Shown here piece by piece: positions 31,967 to 41,349 of a DNA stretch of 64,000 bases. A program made the translations under genes and the position numbers. The stretch's first letter is position 1; the number at the start of each line of letters is the position of its first letter. The notes beneath the pieces were generated by a model. That model ran no database searches and was not told where the DNA came from. It worked only from the letters and a program-made list of their open reading frames with translations. This DNA is from a bacterium (lineage in GTDB: Bacteria; Zhuqueibacterota; QNDG01; JAGLOF01), in NCBI GenBank assembly GCA_016934955.1, contig JAFGRY010000040.1, forward strand, positions 983-64,982. The letters are read 5' to 3'.

Positions 31967-32584
31967 ATGGACTGGTTTAAAAAACAGAAACTGACGAACT
32001 GGGTCATCGGCGCCCTGATCGTTATCAATATCGCCACCCTGGCCTCGCTCTGGCTCCTGCGGCCTGAACGGGGAATTGCCGTCCCCCCTGTCGTCCCCGA
32101 TCATGAACAGCGGGTAATGGACCTGCTTCGGGGCGAACTCCGGCTCGATGATCGGCAGGCCGGGGAATTCAGAGCCCTGCGGATCAGTCACTTTACCCAG
32201 TCCCGGGAACTGAACGCCCGCATCCTGTTCGCGCGCAGAGAACTTATGGACGCCGTACTCGCCGATCCCCCCGACACGCTCCTTGTCGGAGAGCTCGCGG
32301 ACCGGCTGGGAGTTCTGCTTCGGGAACGGGAATTAAAGAACGCCTATCACCTCGAACATCTGGGAACGATCTGTACTCCCGGCCAGCGCACCCGCTTGCA
32401 TATGCTCATGCGCGATCTGCTTCCCGAGGGTGACCAGGCGGGACCGCACGGTGGTCTGAGAAGCGGCACCGGGCGGGGATACGGCAGAGCCCAGGGAACC
32501 GGACGGGGCGCGCAGAACCGGCCCGGACCCGGACGCAGAAGCGGAGACCGCGGAAATGCTCTGGACACACTTCGCAGCCATTGA
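31967..32584 (+). CDS. Membrane-anchored Spy/CpxP/heavy-metal-sensor-like periplasmic protein
   Basis: N-terminal TM (LIVINIATL); LRLDDRQ and CTPGQR resembling LTxxQ motifs; Gly/Arg-rich tail. Confidence 0.65.
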   Translation: MDWFKKQKLTNWVIGALIVINIATLASLWLLRPERGIAVPPVVPDHEQRVMDLLRGELRLDDRQAGEFRALRISHFTQSRELNARILFARRELMDAVLADPPDTLLVGELADRLGVLLRERELKNAYHLEHLGTICTPGQRTRLHMLMRDLLPEGDQAGPHGGLRSGTGRGYGRAQGTGRGAQNRPGPGRRSGDRGNALDTLRSH

Positions 32585-32621
32585 AAACAGACACCTGTAC
32601 ACATACGAGAGGAGGAACACC

Positions 32622-33122
32622 ATGAAACAGACAGCAGTGATCACCGCAGCGGTACTCATCCTGGCGGGAACCGCCATCGCCCAGCAGGGCAGGGGAATGG
32701 GCATGAGAAGGGACGGATTCACCGGCCCCGGCAGGGGACAGGGCCGGCACATGCTTGACCTCAGCGAAGAGCAGCAGGCAAAATGGGATGAGATCCACCT
32801 GGCTCAAATGAAAGAGATGACCGCATTCCAGAACAAATTGGCGGAAAAGGAAGTGAAACTGCGGACATTGAGAACAGCCGACATCATTGACAGCAAGGCG
32901 ATCTTCGCCGTGATCGAAGAGATCGGACGGCTGAAAACAGACATGGCTAAGGCCCGGGAATCATTCCGGCTCACGCTGAGGGAAGAGCTCACTGAAGACC
33001 AGCGGGTCGTTTTTGACAGCAGAACCGTGAGGGGAGGACATGGAGGCAGAGGCGGACACGGGCGGGGCGGTTATATGGACCGCGGTAAACGCGCCGGCTC
33101 CGGTGTGATGCGCGGCCGCTAA
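32622..33122 (+). CDS. Spy/CpxP family periplasmic chaperone-like protein
   Basis: Signal peptide, Gly/Met/Arg-rich ends, LDLSEEQ and LTEDQR motifs. Confidence 0.75.
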   Translation: MKQTAVITAAVLILAGTAIAQQGRGMGMRRDGFTGPGRGQGRHMLDLSEEQQAKWDEIHLAQMKEMTAFQNKLAEKEVKLRTLRTADIIDSKAIFAVIEEIGRLKTDMAKARESFRLTLREELTEDQRVVFDSRTVRGGHGGRGGHGRGGYMDRGKRAGSGVMRGR

Positions 33123-33146
33123 ACTGCTCCTGCCGGTTACACATGA

Positions 33147-33178
33147 CAAAGGGGGCGCCTGTACGGGCGCCCCCTTTG
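33147..33178. terminator. Bidirectional terminator between convergent operons
   Basis: CAAAGGGGGCGCC-tgtacg-GGCGCCCCCTTTG. Confidence 0.78.
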
Positions 33179-33200
33179 CTGCTGCCATGCACCAATCCGA

Positions 33201-34583
33201 TCAGAGACCCTGGATTTTCATTCTCACCACCTGCTCGGGTGTCGGTTCTTTGCCGCGTTCCTTATACACACGCTTGACGAATTCGATGTACTCCTTGTCC
33301 ACATCATGAATTTTAAAGGTAATCAGTTTCGAAATGGAGATGTCTTTGAATCCGGCGGCCTGCACATCCTTGACGAACTGCAAGGTTACGTCATGAATGT
33401 TCATGGCAATCAGGTCGTCAGGTACGATGTCTGTATAGCCGAGACTGTTCATCCCTTTGATGAAATCCGGCTTGACATCATGAATGCTGAAGGCGACAAT
33501 CTCACCGATATCAAGATTGGTATACCCCAGTTCCCGGAACTGTTTGATATAATCGGTTGAAACGTCATGGATCTTGAAGGAGATCAGTTCCTCCGGATCG
33601 CTGGCGGTGAAGCCCATTTTCGCCAGTTCTGCCATATATTCAGGGTCAACGCCATGAATCTTGAACGCGATCAGCTCATCGAGGGTGATGTTCTTGAAAC
33701 CGGCGGCGTGTATCTTCCGGATAAAATCTTCGCTGACGTCATGGATATTAAGGGCGATAAGTTGATCGATATCGACATCGGTGTACCCGAGCTCCTTCAG
33801 CGTTTTCAGATAGGAAAGCTCGACATCATGAATGTTCATGGCGGTCAGTTTGTTCAGAGGCACATTGGCGAATCCCTGAGCCTTGACCCCCTTGATGTAA
33901 TCGAGGGTTACATCGTGAATCATGAGGGAAACGAGATCCGAAGCGGAAAGATCGGTATAGCCCGCTGCCCGCAGACCGCGGATGAATTCAGGCTCGACAT
34001 CATGAATTCTGAACGCGATCAGCTGTGAAACCGAAATGTCCTTAAGCCCCAGTGCATGCACTTCTTTAATAAAAGGAATGGTCACATCGTGAATAGCCAT
34101 CGCCACCAGGTCCGAAAACTTGAGATCGGTGTATCCCAGGCCGTGCAGATCCTCGATGAACTGCCGGTTTACGTTGAAGACGCAGAGATGCAGCAGGTCT
34201 TCACTCTCGATCTTGCCGAATCCCTCTTTCTGCAAAAATCCGATAAAATCATCGCTGGCGGTAAACGTGAAGACGCCTCTGCCCCGGCCGTCGCTGAATC
34301 TGCCGTCAAAGGCGATAACGCCCGCTTCCCGTGCAAGCGTGAAGCGATGTTCCTCACCGTTCTGCTGTACACCGGTGTACGCATTCAGATCCTGCGTAAA
34401 GGAAAATGAAGACTCGCGGCCGAAGTCTTCATCTCCGAAAATCATCAGACGCATCTGGATACGGTTCTCATTGATCCGTGCCGACCAGTCACCGGTAATG
34501 CTGTTCGCCGCGTTCATCGCCGCGAACAGTCCGATACTCACGCAAAGGACCAGCATACCGATCATTGCGACTCTCTTGCTCAT
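33201..34583 (-). CDS. Secreted protein with 10 or more tandem 29-aa IH[D/G]V repeats
   Basis: AGGAGG upstream of ATG 34583; signal peptide; repeats such as LIAFKIHDVSTDYIKQFRELGYTNLDIGE. Confidence 0.8.
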   Translation of the reverse strand: MSKRVAMIGMLVLCVSIGLFAAMNAANSITGDWSARINENRIQMRLMIFGDEDFGRESSFSFTQDLNAYTGVQQNGEEHRFTLAREAGVIAFDGRFSDGRGRGVFTFTASDDFIGFLQKEGFGKIESEDLLHLCVFNVNRQFIEDLHGLGYTDLKFSDLVAMAIHDVTIPFIKEVHALGLKDISVSQLIAFRIHDVEPEFIRGLRAAGYTDLSASDLVSLMIHDVTLDYIKGVKAQGFANVPLNKLTAMNIHDVELSYLKTLKELGYTDVDIDQLIALNIHDVSEDFIRKIHAAGFKNITLDELIAFKIHGVDPEYMAELAKMGFTASDPEELISFKIHDVSTDYIKQFRELGYTNLDIGEIVAFSIHDVKPDFIKGMNSLGYTDIVPDDLIAMNIHDVTLQFVKDVQAAGFKDISISKLITFKIHDVDKEYIEFVKRVYKERGKEPTPEQVVRMKIQGL

Positions 34584-34635
34584 TGTCATCCTCCTGTACA
34601 TAAAAAATGAATGCCTGTGTTCTTCTTTCACTGAG

Positions 34636-34664
34636 TATCACCCCGGCATTCAGATATGGTTGCA
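34636..34664 (-). promoter_or_regulatory. Putative ECF promoter (copy 2)
   Basis: Minus strand TGCAACC-N15-GGTGATA; same motif and spacing as 36903-36931. Confidence 0.65.
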
Positions 34665-34738
34665 AAAAAATTCTCCGGAAACCCGGCGGGATCTCGCCGC
34701 TTCGATTCCGCGCCCCCGCGAAAAGACGCGGAATCCCC

Positions 34739-35488
34739 TCATCGTATATAAATATTTCCGTTTAGTGTTTTGATAAGTGTTTCCGTCCCGCCGCGGTTGA
34801 GCACACCGATTTTCATTGAGGTCCCGGACTTGTCCGGGGCGACGGTCAGGCGGGTATCATGAAAAATATCCCCGTAATCGGTGTTCATCTTCAGCAGCAT
34901 GTCCACGTGTTCCGGGAACGTGAGGTCGATATCACCGGTTATGGACGTAAATGCCATGGGCGCCCCCGCGGTCACTCCGGCAAATTTAACGAGAATATTA
35001 CCGTCCACGGTGGACACTACCGCCGCTCCGCTGACATTGATCAGGGTGACGGGGCCGTTGGTGTTGTTGATCTCGAGCTCTCCCTGCACATTGGCGACCT
35101 CGATGACACCGTTGTCATAGGTCTGCAGATGCAGATCCATATTCCTCGGCACCAGGATATCGAGATCGACCGTGTACCGTTCGGAATCCGAATAAACGGT
35201 TACCTCATTATTACGTTCAACTGCGCTCAATTCAGGTCCCGGCTTCCTCTCCCCTTCTCCCGCGCCCCTCTCCCTGTAGGCAGCGGTGACCATGACCAGC
35301 GATCCGTCATATCCGTTGACGGTGATGGATCCCTTGTAATGATGTATCCTCAGACGTCCGGACTGGCCGGGCTGTGAGAGATGGATGGAGATCGTCTTTT
35401 TTGCGGGTGGGGATGACTGCCCCCACGTCACCCCGCATGAAATGGACAGAACAATACAGACAGCTGTTTTACAGCATGCTGACGACAT
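34739..35488 (-). CDS. DUF4097-like (adhesin-type beta-strand repeat) protein
   Basis: Repeated TxNGxI/TxxGDI strands; position after the sigma/anti-sigma pair is typical; start uncertain (35488 or 35512). Confidence 0.72.
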   Translation of the reverse strand: MSSACCKTAVCIVLSISCGVTWGQSSPPAKKTISIHLSQPGQSGRLRIHHYKGSITVNGYDGSLVMVTAAYRERGAGEGERKPGPELSAVERNNEVTVYSDSERYTVDLDILVPRNMDLHLQTYDNGVIEVANVQGELEINNTNGPVTLINVSGAAVVSTVDGNILVKFAGVTAGAPMAFTSITGDIDLTFPEHVDMLLKMNTDYGDIFHDTRLTVAPDKSGTSMKIGVLNRGGTETLIKTLNGNIYIR

Positions 35489-36272
35489 GGCTAACCCTGT
35501 CCCGTACCGCATAGTTCAGTTCCTTATTTTCAAGAAGTCTGTTGAGCTCCGGCTTTGCGCTCTCTTCCTGCAGCCTCCCCATCAGTTCGGCCAGGGCCAG
35601 CTGCACCAGCGGGGATTGCTGTCTGTTGATGGACTCGATCAGACCCCGCCGTACGACGGGATTATCGGTGAAACGCGACAGCGTTTCCACCGTTGCCAGG
35701 CGAACATTGACATTCGGATCGCTGTCGAGCGTACGCATCAGAACAGTGACAATTTTTGCATCCGCATCGGTCCACTCTTCCGCGAGGGTCACGGCTTTCA
35801 GCCGCTCGGACGGCGAATCCTGCTGCAGCTGGGCAAGCATCACCATCTCTTTCATCTCGCTGATCTCCGCGGCCATGCGCTCCATGCGGCTGCCGCCCAC
35901 CGCTCCCGGAGTGACCCAGGTGCCAAGCACCCACCCTAGAAAAACAAGCGCGAAGGCGTATCCCAGTTTGGGCATAAGCTGCTGTTCTATCCGTTTCCAG
36001 AAAAGCGCCGGCTTATTCCCGTTCCGGGCAGTCTTCCGTCCCGCTTTGGCGGTCTCTTCCGCGAGCATCCGGTAAAATGCGCGGTCAAGTTCTTCTCCCG
36101 GTTCCGGGACCGGCATGTCGTCGAGAGAGATCAAAAACCTCTTCAGATCATTCAGTTCGGCTTCCGTATAGCCGGCGGCAAGCAGTTCCTGTTTCAGCTC
36201 CCGCTTCCGTTCCGGCGGTGTTGCGTCATCCCAGTAATCCATAACCAGGGCTTCGATTGGATCCCGTTTCAT
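35469..36272 (-). CDS. Anti-sigma factor-like protein with one TM and periplasmic HEAT repeats
   Basis: Follows the ECF gene; TM then SPSERLKAV, DPNVNVRLATVETL and SPLVQLAL. Confidence 0.75.
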   Translation of the reverse strand: MKRDPIEALVMDYWDDATPPERKRELKQELLAAGYTEAELNDLKRFLISLDDMPVPEPGEELDRAFYRMLAEETAKAGRKTARNGNKPALFWKRIEQQLMPKLGYAFALVFLGWVLGTWVTPGAVGGSRMERMAAEISEMKEMVMLAQLQQDSPSERLKAVTLAEEWTDADAKIVTVLMRTLDSDPNVNVRLATVETLSRFTDNPVVRRGLIESINRQQSPLVQLALAELMGRLQEESAKPELNRLLENKELNYAVRDRVSHVVSML

Positions 36273-36276
36273 GGTC

Positions 36277-36813
36277 CTACCCTTCCAATATACTGTAAAT
36301 TCCCTTCAGTGACTGAATGGCCCTGAAGACACGGGCTTTCACCGTCCCTTCCGGGCAGTCGCAGATCTGTCCGATTTCCTTGTACGTCAGTCCCTGAAAG
36401 CGCGAGAGCACAAGCACCTCGCGCTCCTGGGGTGTCAGCTGCTGCATCGCCTGTCTCAGCAGCGACATCTCCTCATTTCTCACCAGGAGCCGGTCCGCCT
36501 GTTCATCCACGTCAGCGGGCTGATCTTCCAGTGTATCCCAGGGCAATCTGCCGTCGCGGTGATAGTGATCGATCGCCAGATTCCTGGCGATCCGGTACAG
36601 CCAGGTGGAGAACTTGCCGTCGCCGCTGTATTTTTTCCGGTATTTCAGGACCCGGTAGAACAGTGTCTGCACCAGATCTTCGCTGGTTTCCCGGCTGCCG
36701 CTGAACCGGTAAAAATAGGCGAACATCGGCTTTTTGTAACGCTCAAAAAGCAGAGCCAGTTTATCGATTTCTCCCTCACGGACCTGTACCATCAGCTCTA
36801 TGTCAGAATGCAC
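36277..36813 (-). CDS. ECF RNA polymerase sigma-70 factor
   Basis: LFERY, SEDLVQ, FSTWLYRIARN and YKEIG...GTVKARVFRA. Confidence 0.92.
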   Translation of the reverse strand: MHSDIELMVQVREGEIDKLALLFERYKKPMFAYFYRFSGSRETSEDLVQTLFYRVLKYRKKYSGDGKFSTWLYRIARNLAIDHYHRDGRLPWDTLEDQPADVDEQADRLLVRNEEMSLLRQAMQQLTPQEREVLVLSRFQGLTYKEIGQICDCPEGTVKARVFRAIQSLKGIYSILEG

Positions 36814-36902
36814 GCGTGATCCGCCTTATCGTTTGTTCCCGTCCGCTGCGTGTACCTGTCGGCTGCATGCGCCGTTACCTGTACCGGCATCTTTCCACAT
36901 CA

Positions 36903-36931
36903 TAACACCGGGGCAACCTAAAAAGGTTGCA
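36903..36931 (-). promoter_or_regulatory. Putative autoregulatory ECF promoter (copy 1)
   Basis: Minus strand TGCAACC-N15-GGTGTTA about 90 nt upstream of the sigma ATG; also contains the inverted repeat GCAACC-N6-GGTTGC. Confidence 0.65.
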
Positions 36932-37288
36932 TAAAAACCGTACCGGAGTGACCATACAGCATAGTATAGGAAAAATTTCATGAAATCAAACGGTTTTTCC
37001 CGGGGAAGCAGCGGTGCGGCGCTGTCTCTGTGCGCGCATAAACCGGAACGATCGACACATCATTCGTATGTCGCATCGCCACATCTGTGTCCAATATACT
37101 GTGTTGAAAATACACAGCTTGAACACCCGGGAAAACCTGGTCATGAGGGGAGTTATGCCTAACTTAAATAAAAACAATTACCGGACTCTGCATAAGAGAG
37201 ATTGTTTTACATGGCACGGAAGTTGTATATCCCTGTATATGAAAAAACGCCAGTGATTATTCATTCGATTACACGGAGGCACTTCACC

Positions 37289-38338
37289 ATGACACGTACA
37301 GGACACACCCACCGCGCACCCGCTCCGAAAGCCGTCATCCTGGGAGCGGTGCTGTTATCACTGATTGCCGGCACCCTTTCCTTTGCCCAGAGTCTGGATA
37401 TTCCCTCCCGCACGTGGGGGATCAGTTTCGGCAATTCAAAAACCTTCACCGGATTGAGAATTAATTTCCGGGACAGGGAAATCGAGCGCATCAACGGCAT
37501 TAACATCACCTTCTGGACACGTCCCAAAGATGACAACACCGGGATCGTCAACGGCATTTCCCTCGGCATTCTTCCCCAGGCGGCGGTCATGCGCGGCATT
37601 CAATTCGGTATCGGTGTCGGTGCCGCTGAAGAAATGACCGGAATCAACATCGGCGTGCTCGGCGCCGGCAGCGGCGGCAGTCTCGGGGGTCTGAATATCG
37701 GCGGTCTCGGAGTGGGCGCCGGCGGCGATATGTGGGGCATTAATATCGGCGGTCTGGGTGCCGGAGCCGGCGGCACTATGCGCGGCATCAATATCGGCGG
37801 ATTCGGCGTCGGAGCCGGCGGCGACCTGTGCGGGCTGAACATGGGTCTGTTCGGCGCCGGAGCCGGCGGGAATGTACGGGGCATCACCATCGCCGGATTC
37901 GGAGCCGGAGCCGGGGAATCCATGGGAGGCCTCAATATCGGCGGTTTCGGTATCGGCGCAGGGAAAAAACTCTCCGGCCTCACGGTAGCCGGACTGGGCG
38001 CGGGTGCCGGTGAACAGCTTGCGGGCATCACCATTGCCGGACTGGGGGCCGGATCGCCCAAGGTGAGGGGGGTGACGATTGCCGGGCTGGGAGTCGGCGG
38101 CGAATCGGTGCACGGCATCGCTGTTGCGGCGGGCATGATCAAAATCGAAAATGACGGTGAAATGAAGGGCCTGGCCGTCAGCTCATTCAACTATATCAAG
38201 GGAACCATGAAGGGCGTTTCCATCGGTATCGTGAATTACGCCTATGCCCTGAAAGGTATTCAGATCGGTCTCGTGAACATCGTTCGTGACAATCCGAAGC
38301 TGACCCGGGTGCTGCCGGTGATCAACATCCATTTCTAG
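37289..38338 (+). CDS. Secreted Gly-rich 16-aa repeat protein (probable beta-helix, LA_2272-like)
   Basis: GGAGG RBS; signal peptide; G[IL][NT]IGGxGxGAGxxxx repeats; tail GIQIGLVN...LPVINIHF. Confidence 0.75.
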   Translation: MTRTGHTHRAPAPKAVILGAVLLSLIAGTLSFAQSLDIPSRTWGISFGNSKTFTGLRINFRDREIERINGINITFWTRPKDDNTGIVNGISLGILPQAAVMRGIQFGIGVGAAEEMTGINIGVLGAGSGGSLGGLNIGGLGVGAGGDMWGINIGGLGAGAGGTMRGINIGGFGVGAGGDLCGLNMGLFGAGAGGNVRGITIAGFGAGAGESMGGLNIGGFGIGAGKKLSGLTVAGLGAGAGEQLAGITIAGLGAGSPKVRGVTIAGLGVGGESVHGIAVAAGMIKIENDGEMKGLAVSSFNYIKGTMKGVSIGIVNYAYALKGIQIGLVNIVRDNPKLTRVLPVINIHF

Positions 38339-38358
38339 ACGCCGACCAGCGATCATTT

Positions 38359-38398
38359 AAAGCCGGGCATGGATACTGCCGTGCCCGGCTTTTCTTTT
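38359..38398. terminator. Bidirectional terminator
   Basis: AAAGCCGGGCATGG...CCGTGCCCGGCTTT plus a T run between convergent genes. Confidence 0.78.
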
Positions 38399-38421
38399 GT
38401 TCATTCCATCGTCACGCTTTC

Positions 38422-41151
38422 TCAGCCGTCAAAGACCGTCAGTATGCGCTCACTCTCTGTGCGCTGGCCGCTCAGACGATCGTAGAGCGTCACTACTATC
38501 CGGTATTCACCGGTCTCGAGTGCCGCTGTATCGAGCTCAAAAGTAATAAAAGGATATGCCGTTGCCGTCACTTTTTTATCAATTTGATCCGACAGCACCG
38601 GTTTTCCGCCGCTGAAAATATTGATCCGGCTGAGCAGATTCCGCTTCTTCACCGGAATCACTTTACACACCGCCCTGAAATCGACGAGATCATCCACGGT
38701 GCGCATGAGATTGTACGCTTCGACATACACGGTCACTGTCTGACCCCTTTCAATGCGCTCAAAGGGGAAGGGACTGATGTACATGTCTCCCTTGACTTCC
38801 TCTTCGGACAGCCGGTCAACAGCGGCCGCACCCAGCGAGTCCGTGAACTGAATATCGCTGATGAATATTCTCTCCCGTGACGGCTCGAAGGCGGCGACTG
38901 AAATGACCTCTTCCGCATAGAGACCGGCGGTGCTGTTCTGCAGCTCCACAGCCAGTGAATAGTCGCCTCTGTCCAGAAAATAATTGATCTGGGTGATGTA
39001 GTATGCCTCATTCGTATGTTCGCGGAAGAGAAGCATGCGGTCGTCGCTGGTGTGCAGAATCGCTCCCGCTGCATCTCTCAGCGCCAGGGCCCTGCGGAAG
39101 GCGTACTGTTTGCCATTGCTGCCCGGCAGGGCTGTCAGGGCATCCCAGGGTACGGCGATATAGCATTCCAGCCGCGTCTGACCTTCCCGGTAAAACCGCG
39201 CCGTGGCTACGCTGTACGGCAGCAGGGCCCGGGTTTTCCGCAGATCTGACATCGAGACCGGCAGACGCTCCCATCCTTCCCTGATCATCATCCGGTATTC
39301 GCGTTCGAGAACCTGCAGCGCCTCCCCGCTCAGCGGGGTTTCCTGGTCCCCTGCAACTGATGTGAATCCCCGGTAATTGCTCAGTTCACCGGTCTGCAGC
39401 ATCCGGTACTGATAACTGTTGTCGACCCGGCCACCGATAAATCCCTTGAGCTGCGCCCATCCCGGATTTGCCAGCCCGTCGGGCGTCATCTCCCGCACAT
39501 ATTTCATTCTTTGGAATCCGCTTCCGTGGGTAACGAAATCGATAACCACTTCACTGCCCGATGTATGATAAATCCAGCACTCATTCCCGGCCAGCGTCCG
39601 GGTATCGCTGAACACACGCCGGGAGAACGGGGCCCCGTACTTCACATAGACCATTCCCCGGTCATCATACCCCCGTTCCTTCTCAGCCGCATAGTGGCTG
39701 CGGGCGTAGGCCAGACGCTGCCAGTGCTCCCACAAAAATTCATTTTCAGGCGTCGCCGGTGACGGATCACGGCGTTCGAGCATCTTCTTCAGCTCCCCGG
39801 CCTTGTCGCGGGATTTTTGAAACGACCGTCTTTCTTCATCATTCAGCACATCCGCAAGCTGCATAAACAGTGTGTCGCTCCAGGAACTCTCCCCGAGCCG
39901 TTCAAGCCCCGCATACACGTAATAACTTCCCGGCTCGATGCTGTCGGCTGCCGCCATTTCCAGTCCCCGGGTGATCAGGACGGAGGCGGGAAGTGAATCG
40001 ATGGCCGCGGGACGGTTCAGCAGCTGATAATCGGGATGATAATTCATGGGCAGCATTTCAGCCAGCCGGTCAAAGGCCCAGTGACCATACCTGATGACGA
40101 GCTGAGGCACCAGCAGATGTCCCGATCTGGCGCACACCAGGGGTGTCACCATGCTGTTCAGGTAGGAAATCTGCCGGGAATAGTCCTCCTTGATTCCGGT
40201 CTGGCGTCTCAATTCCCGGGAATAGTAGGGATTCTCTCCTTCCCCGCTGTACACGACCTTGATCCATTCGGGAAGGGAGATCTCCACATCCATATGTTCC
40301 GCCGGAGCGAAGACGAGTGAATCCGCGCCCAACTGCCGCAGCACCCTGGATCCCTGCTGCAGGGGGGATTCGCTGAGAGCATAGAGGGCGAATCCTTCAC
40401 TTTCGAGACTGTCGCTGATCAGTGACCGGAAAAAATGCTCCATTGATCCCTGATACGCCCGGACCCTGTTGGCCATTACTTTTGATTCGGTTTCAGGATC
40501 AGGGAACGTGACCGGAGTAAATTGGATGTTCCCGGTAAAAAGCAGCCGGCCGTCATTCTGGACAACGAATTCATCGATAAAATAGGTAATGTCGTATCCG
40601 AGGGTGGGATTGTGAATGTGCAGCGGTTCGGAAGCGGCCGCCTGTAAAAAATAGGGCGCTTCCCGGGAAAACCTCAGAACCTCGGGATTCTCGATGGTAC
40701 AGCGTCCGGCGTGCTCGTCGATACCCAGAAGAATCGTCTCGAATGTACGGAGGTCCCTGTCCCGGAATCGGTCCCGACGGGCGGTGACGGTGATCGTCGG
40801 GGCCACAAGTGATTCCTGCACGAGCCGGAACAGGATCGAACCCGGTTTTTTATCAGGGGTGACGGTAACTTCCTTGATCTCACGTCCATACCCGATCATC
40901 GCGGCGACCAGTTCGTATGTTCCGGGAGGGACATTGCGAATAGTGAATCGGCCGTAATCGTCGGTCACTCCGCCCAGAGACGTATTGCTTAAAAACACAT
41001 TCACATAGCGCAGCGGCTCGCTGGTCTCCGCGTCGAACACGATACCGCTGATGGTATACCGCTGCAGTGTCTGGGGCTCCGCCGTGACAGGTAATACAAC
41101 CGCCGCCAGCAGGCAGAGCAATGCCGCCGCGGTCACGTATTTCGTACGCAT
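38422..41151 (-). CDS. Carboxypeptidase-regulatory-like domain fused to a GWxTD-like domain
   Basis: ISGIVFDAETSEPL...MIGY; DPSPATPENEF...RLAYA...GYDDRGMVYVKYGAP. Confidence 0.75.
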   Translation of the reverse strand: MRTKYVTAAALLCLLAAVVLPVTAEPQTLQRYTISGIVFDAETSEPLRYVNVFLSNTSLGGVTDDYGRFTIRNVPPGTYELVAAMIGYGREIKEVTVTPDKKPGSILFRLVQESLVAPTITVTARRDRFRDRDLRTFETILLGIDEHAGRCTIENPEVLRFSREAPYFLQAAASEPLHIHNPTLGYDITYFIDEFVVQNDGRLLFTGNIQFTPVTFPDPETESKVMANRVRAYQGSMEHFFRSLISDSLESEGFALYALSESPLQQGSRVLRQLGADSLVFAPAEHMDVEISLPEWIKVVYSGEGENPYYSRELRRQTGIKEDYSRQISYLNSMVTPLVCARSGHLLVPQLVIRYGHWAFDRLAEMLPMNYHPDYQLLNRPAAIDSLPASVLITRGLEMAAADSIEPGSYYVYAGLERLGESSWSDTLFMQLADVLNDEERRSFQKSRDKAGELKKMLERRDPSPATPENEFLWEHWQRLAYARSHYAAEKERGYDDRGMVYVKYGAPFSRRVFSDTRTLAGNECWIYHTSGSEVVIDFVTHGSGFQRMKYVREMTPDGLANPGWAQLKGFIGGRVDNSYQYRMLQTGELSNYRGFTSVAGDQETPLSGEALQVLEREYRMMIREGWERLPVSMSDLRKTRALLPYSVATARFYREGQTRLECYIAVPWDALTALPGSNGKQYAFRRALALRDAAGAILHTSDDRMLLFREHTNEAYYITQINYFLDRGDYSLAVELQNSTAGLYAEEVISVAAFEPSRERIFISDIQFTDSLGAAAVDRLSEEEVKGDMYISPFPFERIERGQTVTVYVEAYNLMRTVDDLVDFRAVCKVIPVKKRNLLSRINIFSGGKPVLSDQIDKKVTATAYPFITFELDTAALETGEYRIVVTLYDRLSGQRTESERILTVFDG

Positions 41152-41349
41152 CGTTTTCCTTCCTCTTGTTGCCCGGTTCCGGATCAGCTAGCCCCGCGAG
41201 CAGCGACACCCACACCAGGGACCGCTTCCCGGCTGGAACGGAGGAATCTCCCTCCTCGCTCTCTAATACGCTCCATGACCGCACATCCCCGCTTCAGGTC
41301 CGGGATCACTCACCCCGGCCGAGAACACGTATGCGGCACCTTCAGTGGT

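Noticed and set aside
33230-34200. Periodic DNA similarity as a possible CRISPR array
   Set aside because: The 87-nt period lies in an open frame with synonymous divergence, so it is a protein repeat and not repeat-spacer structure. The same holds for the 48-nt period at 37590-38130.
41152-41349. GC-rich 200-nt leader as a riboswitch or ncRNA
   Set aside because: No recognisable conserved riboswitch motif by eye; an Rfam search would be needed.
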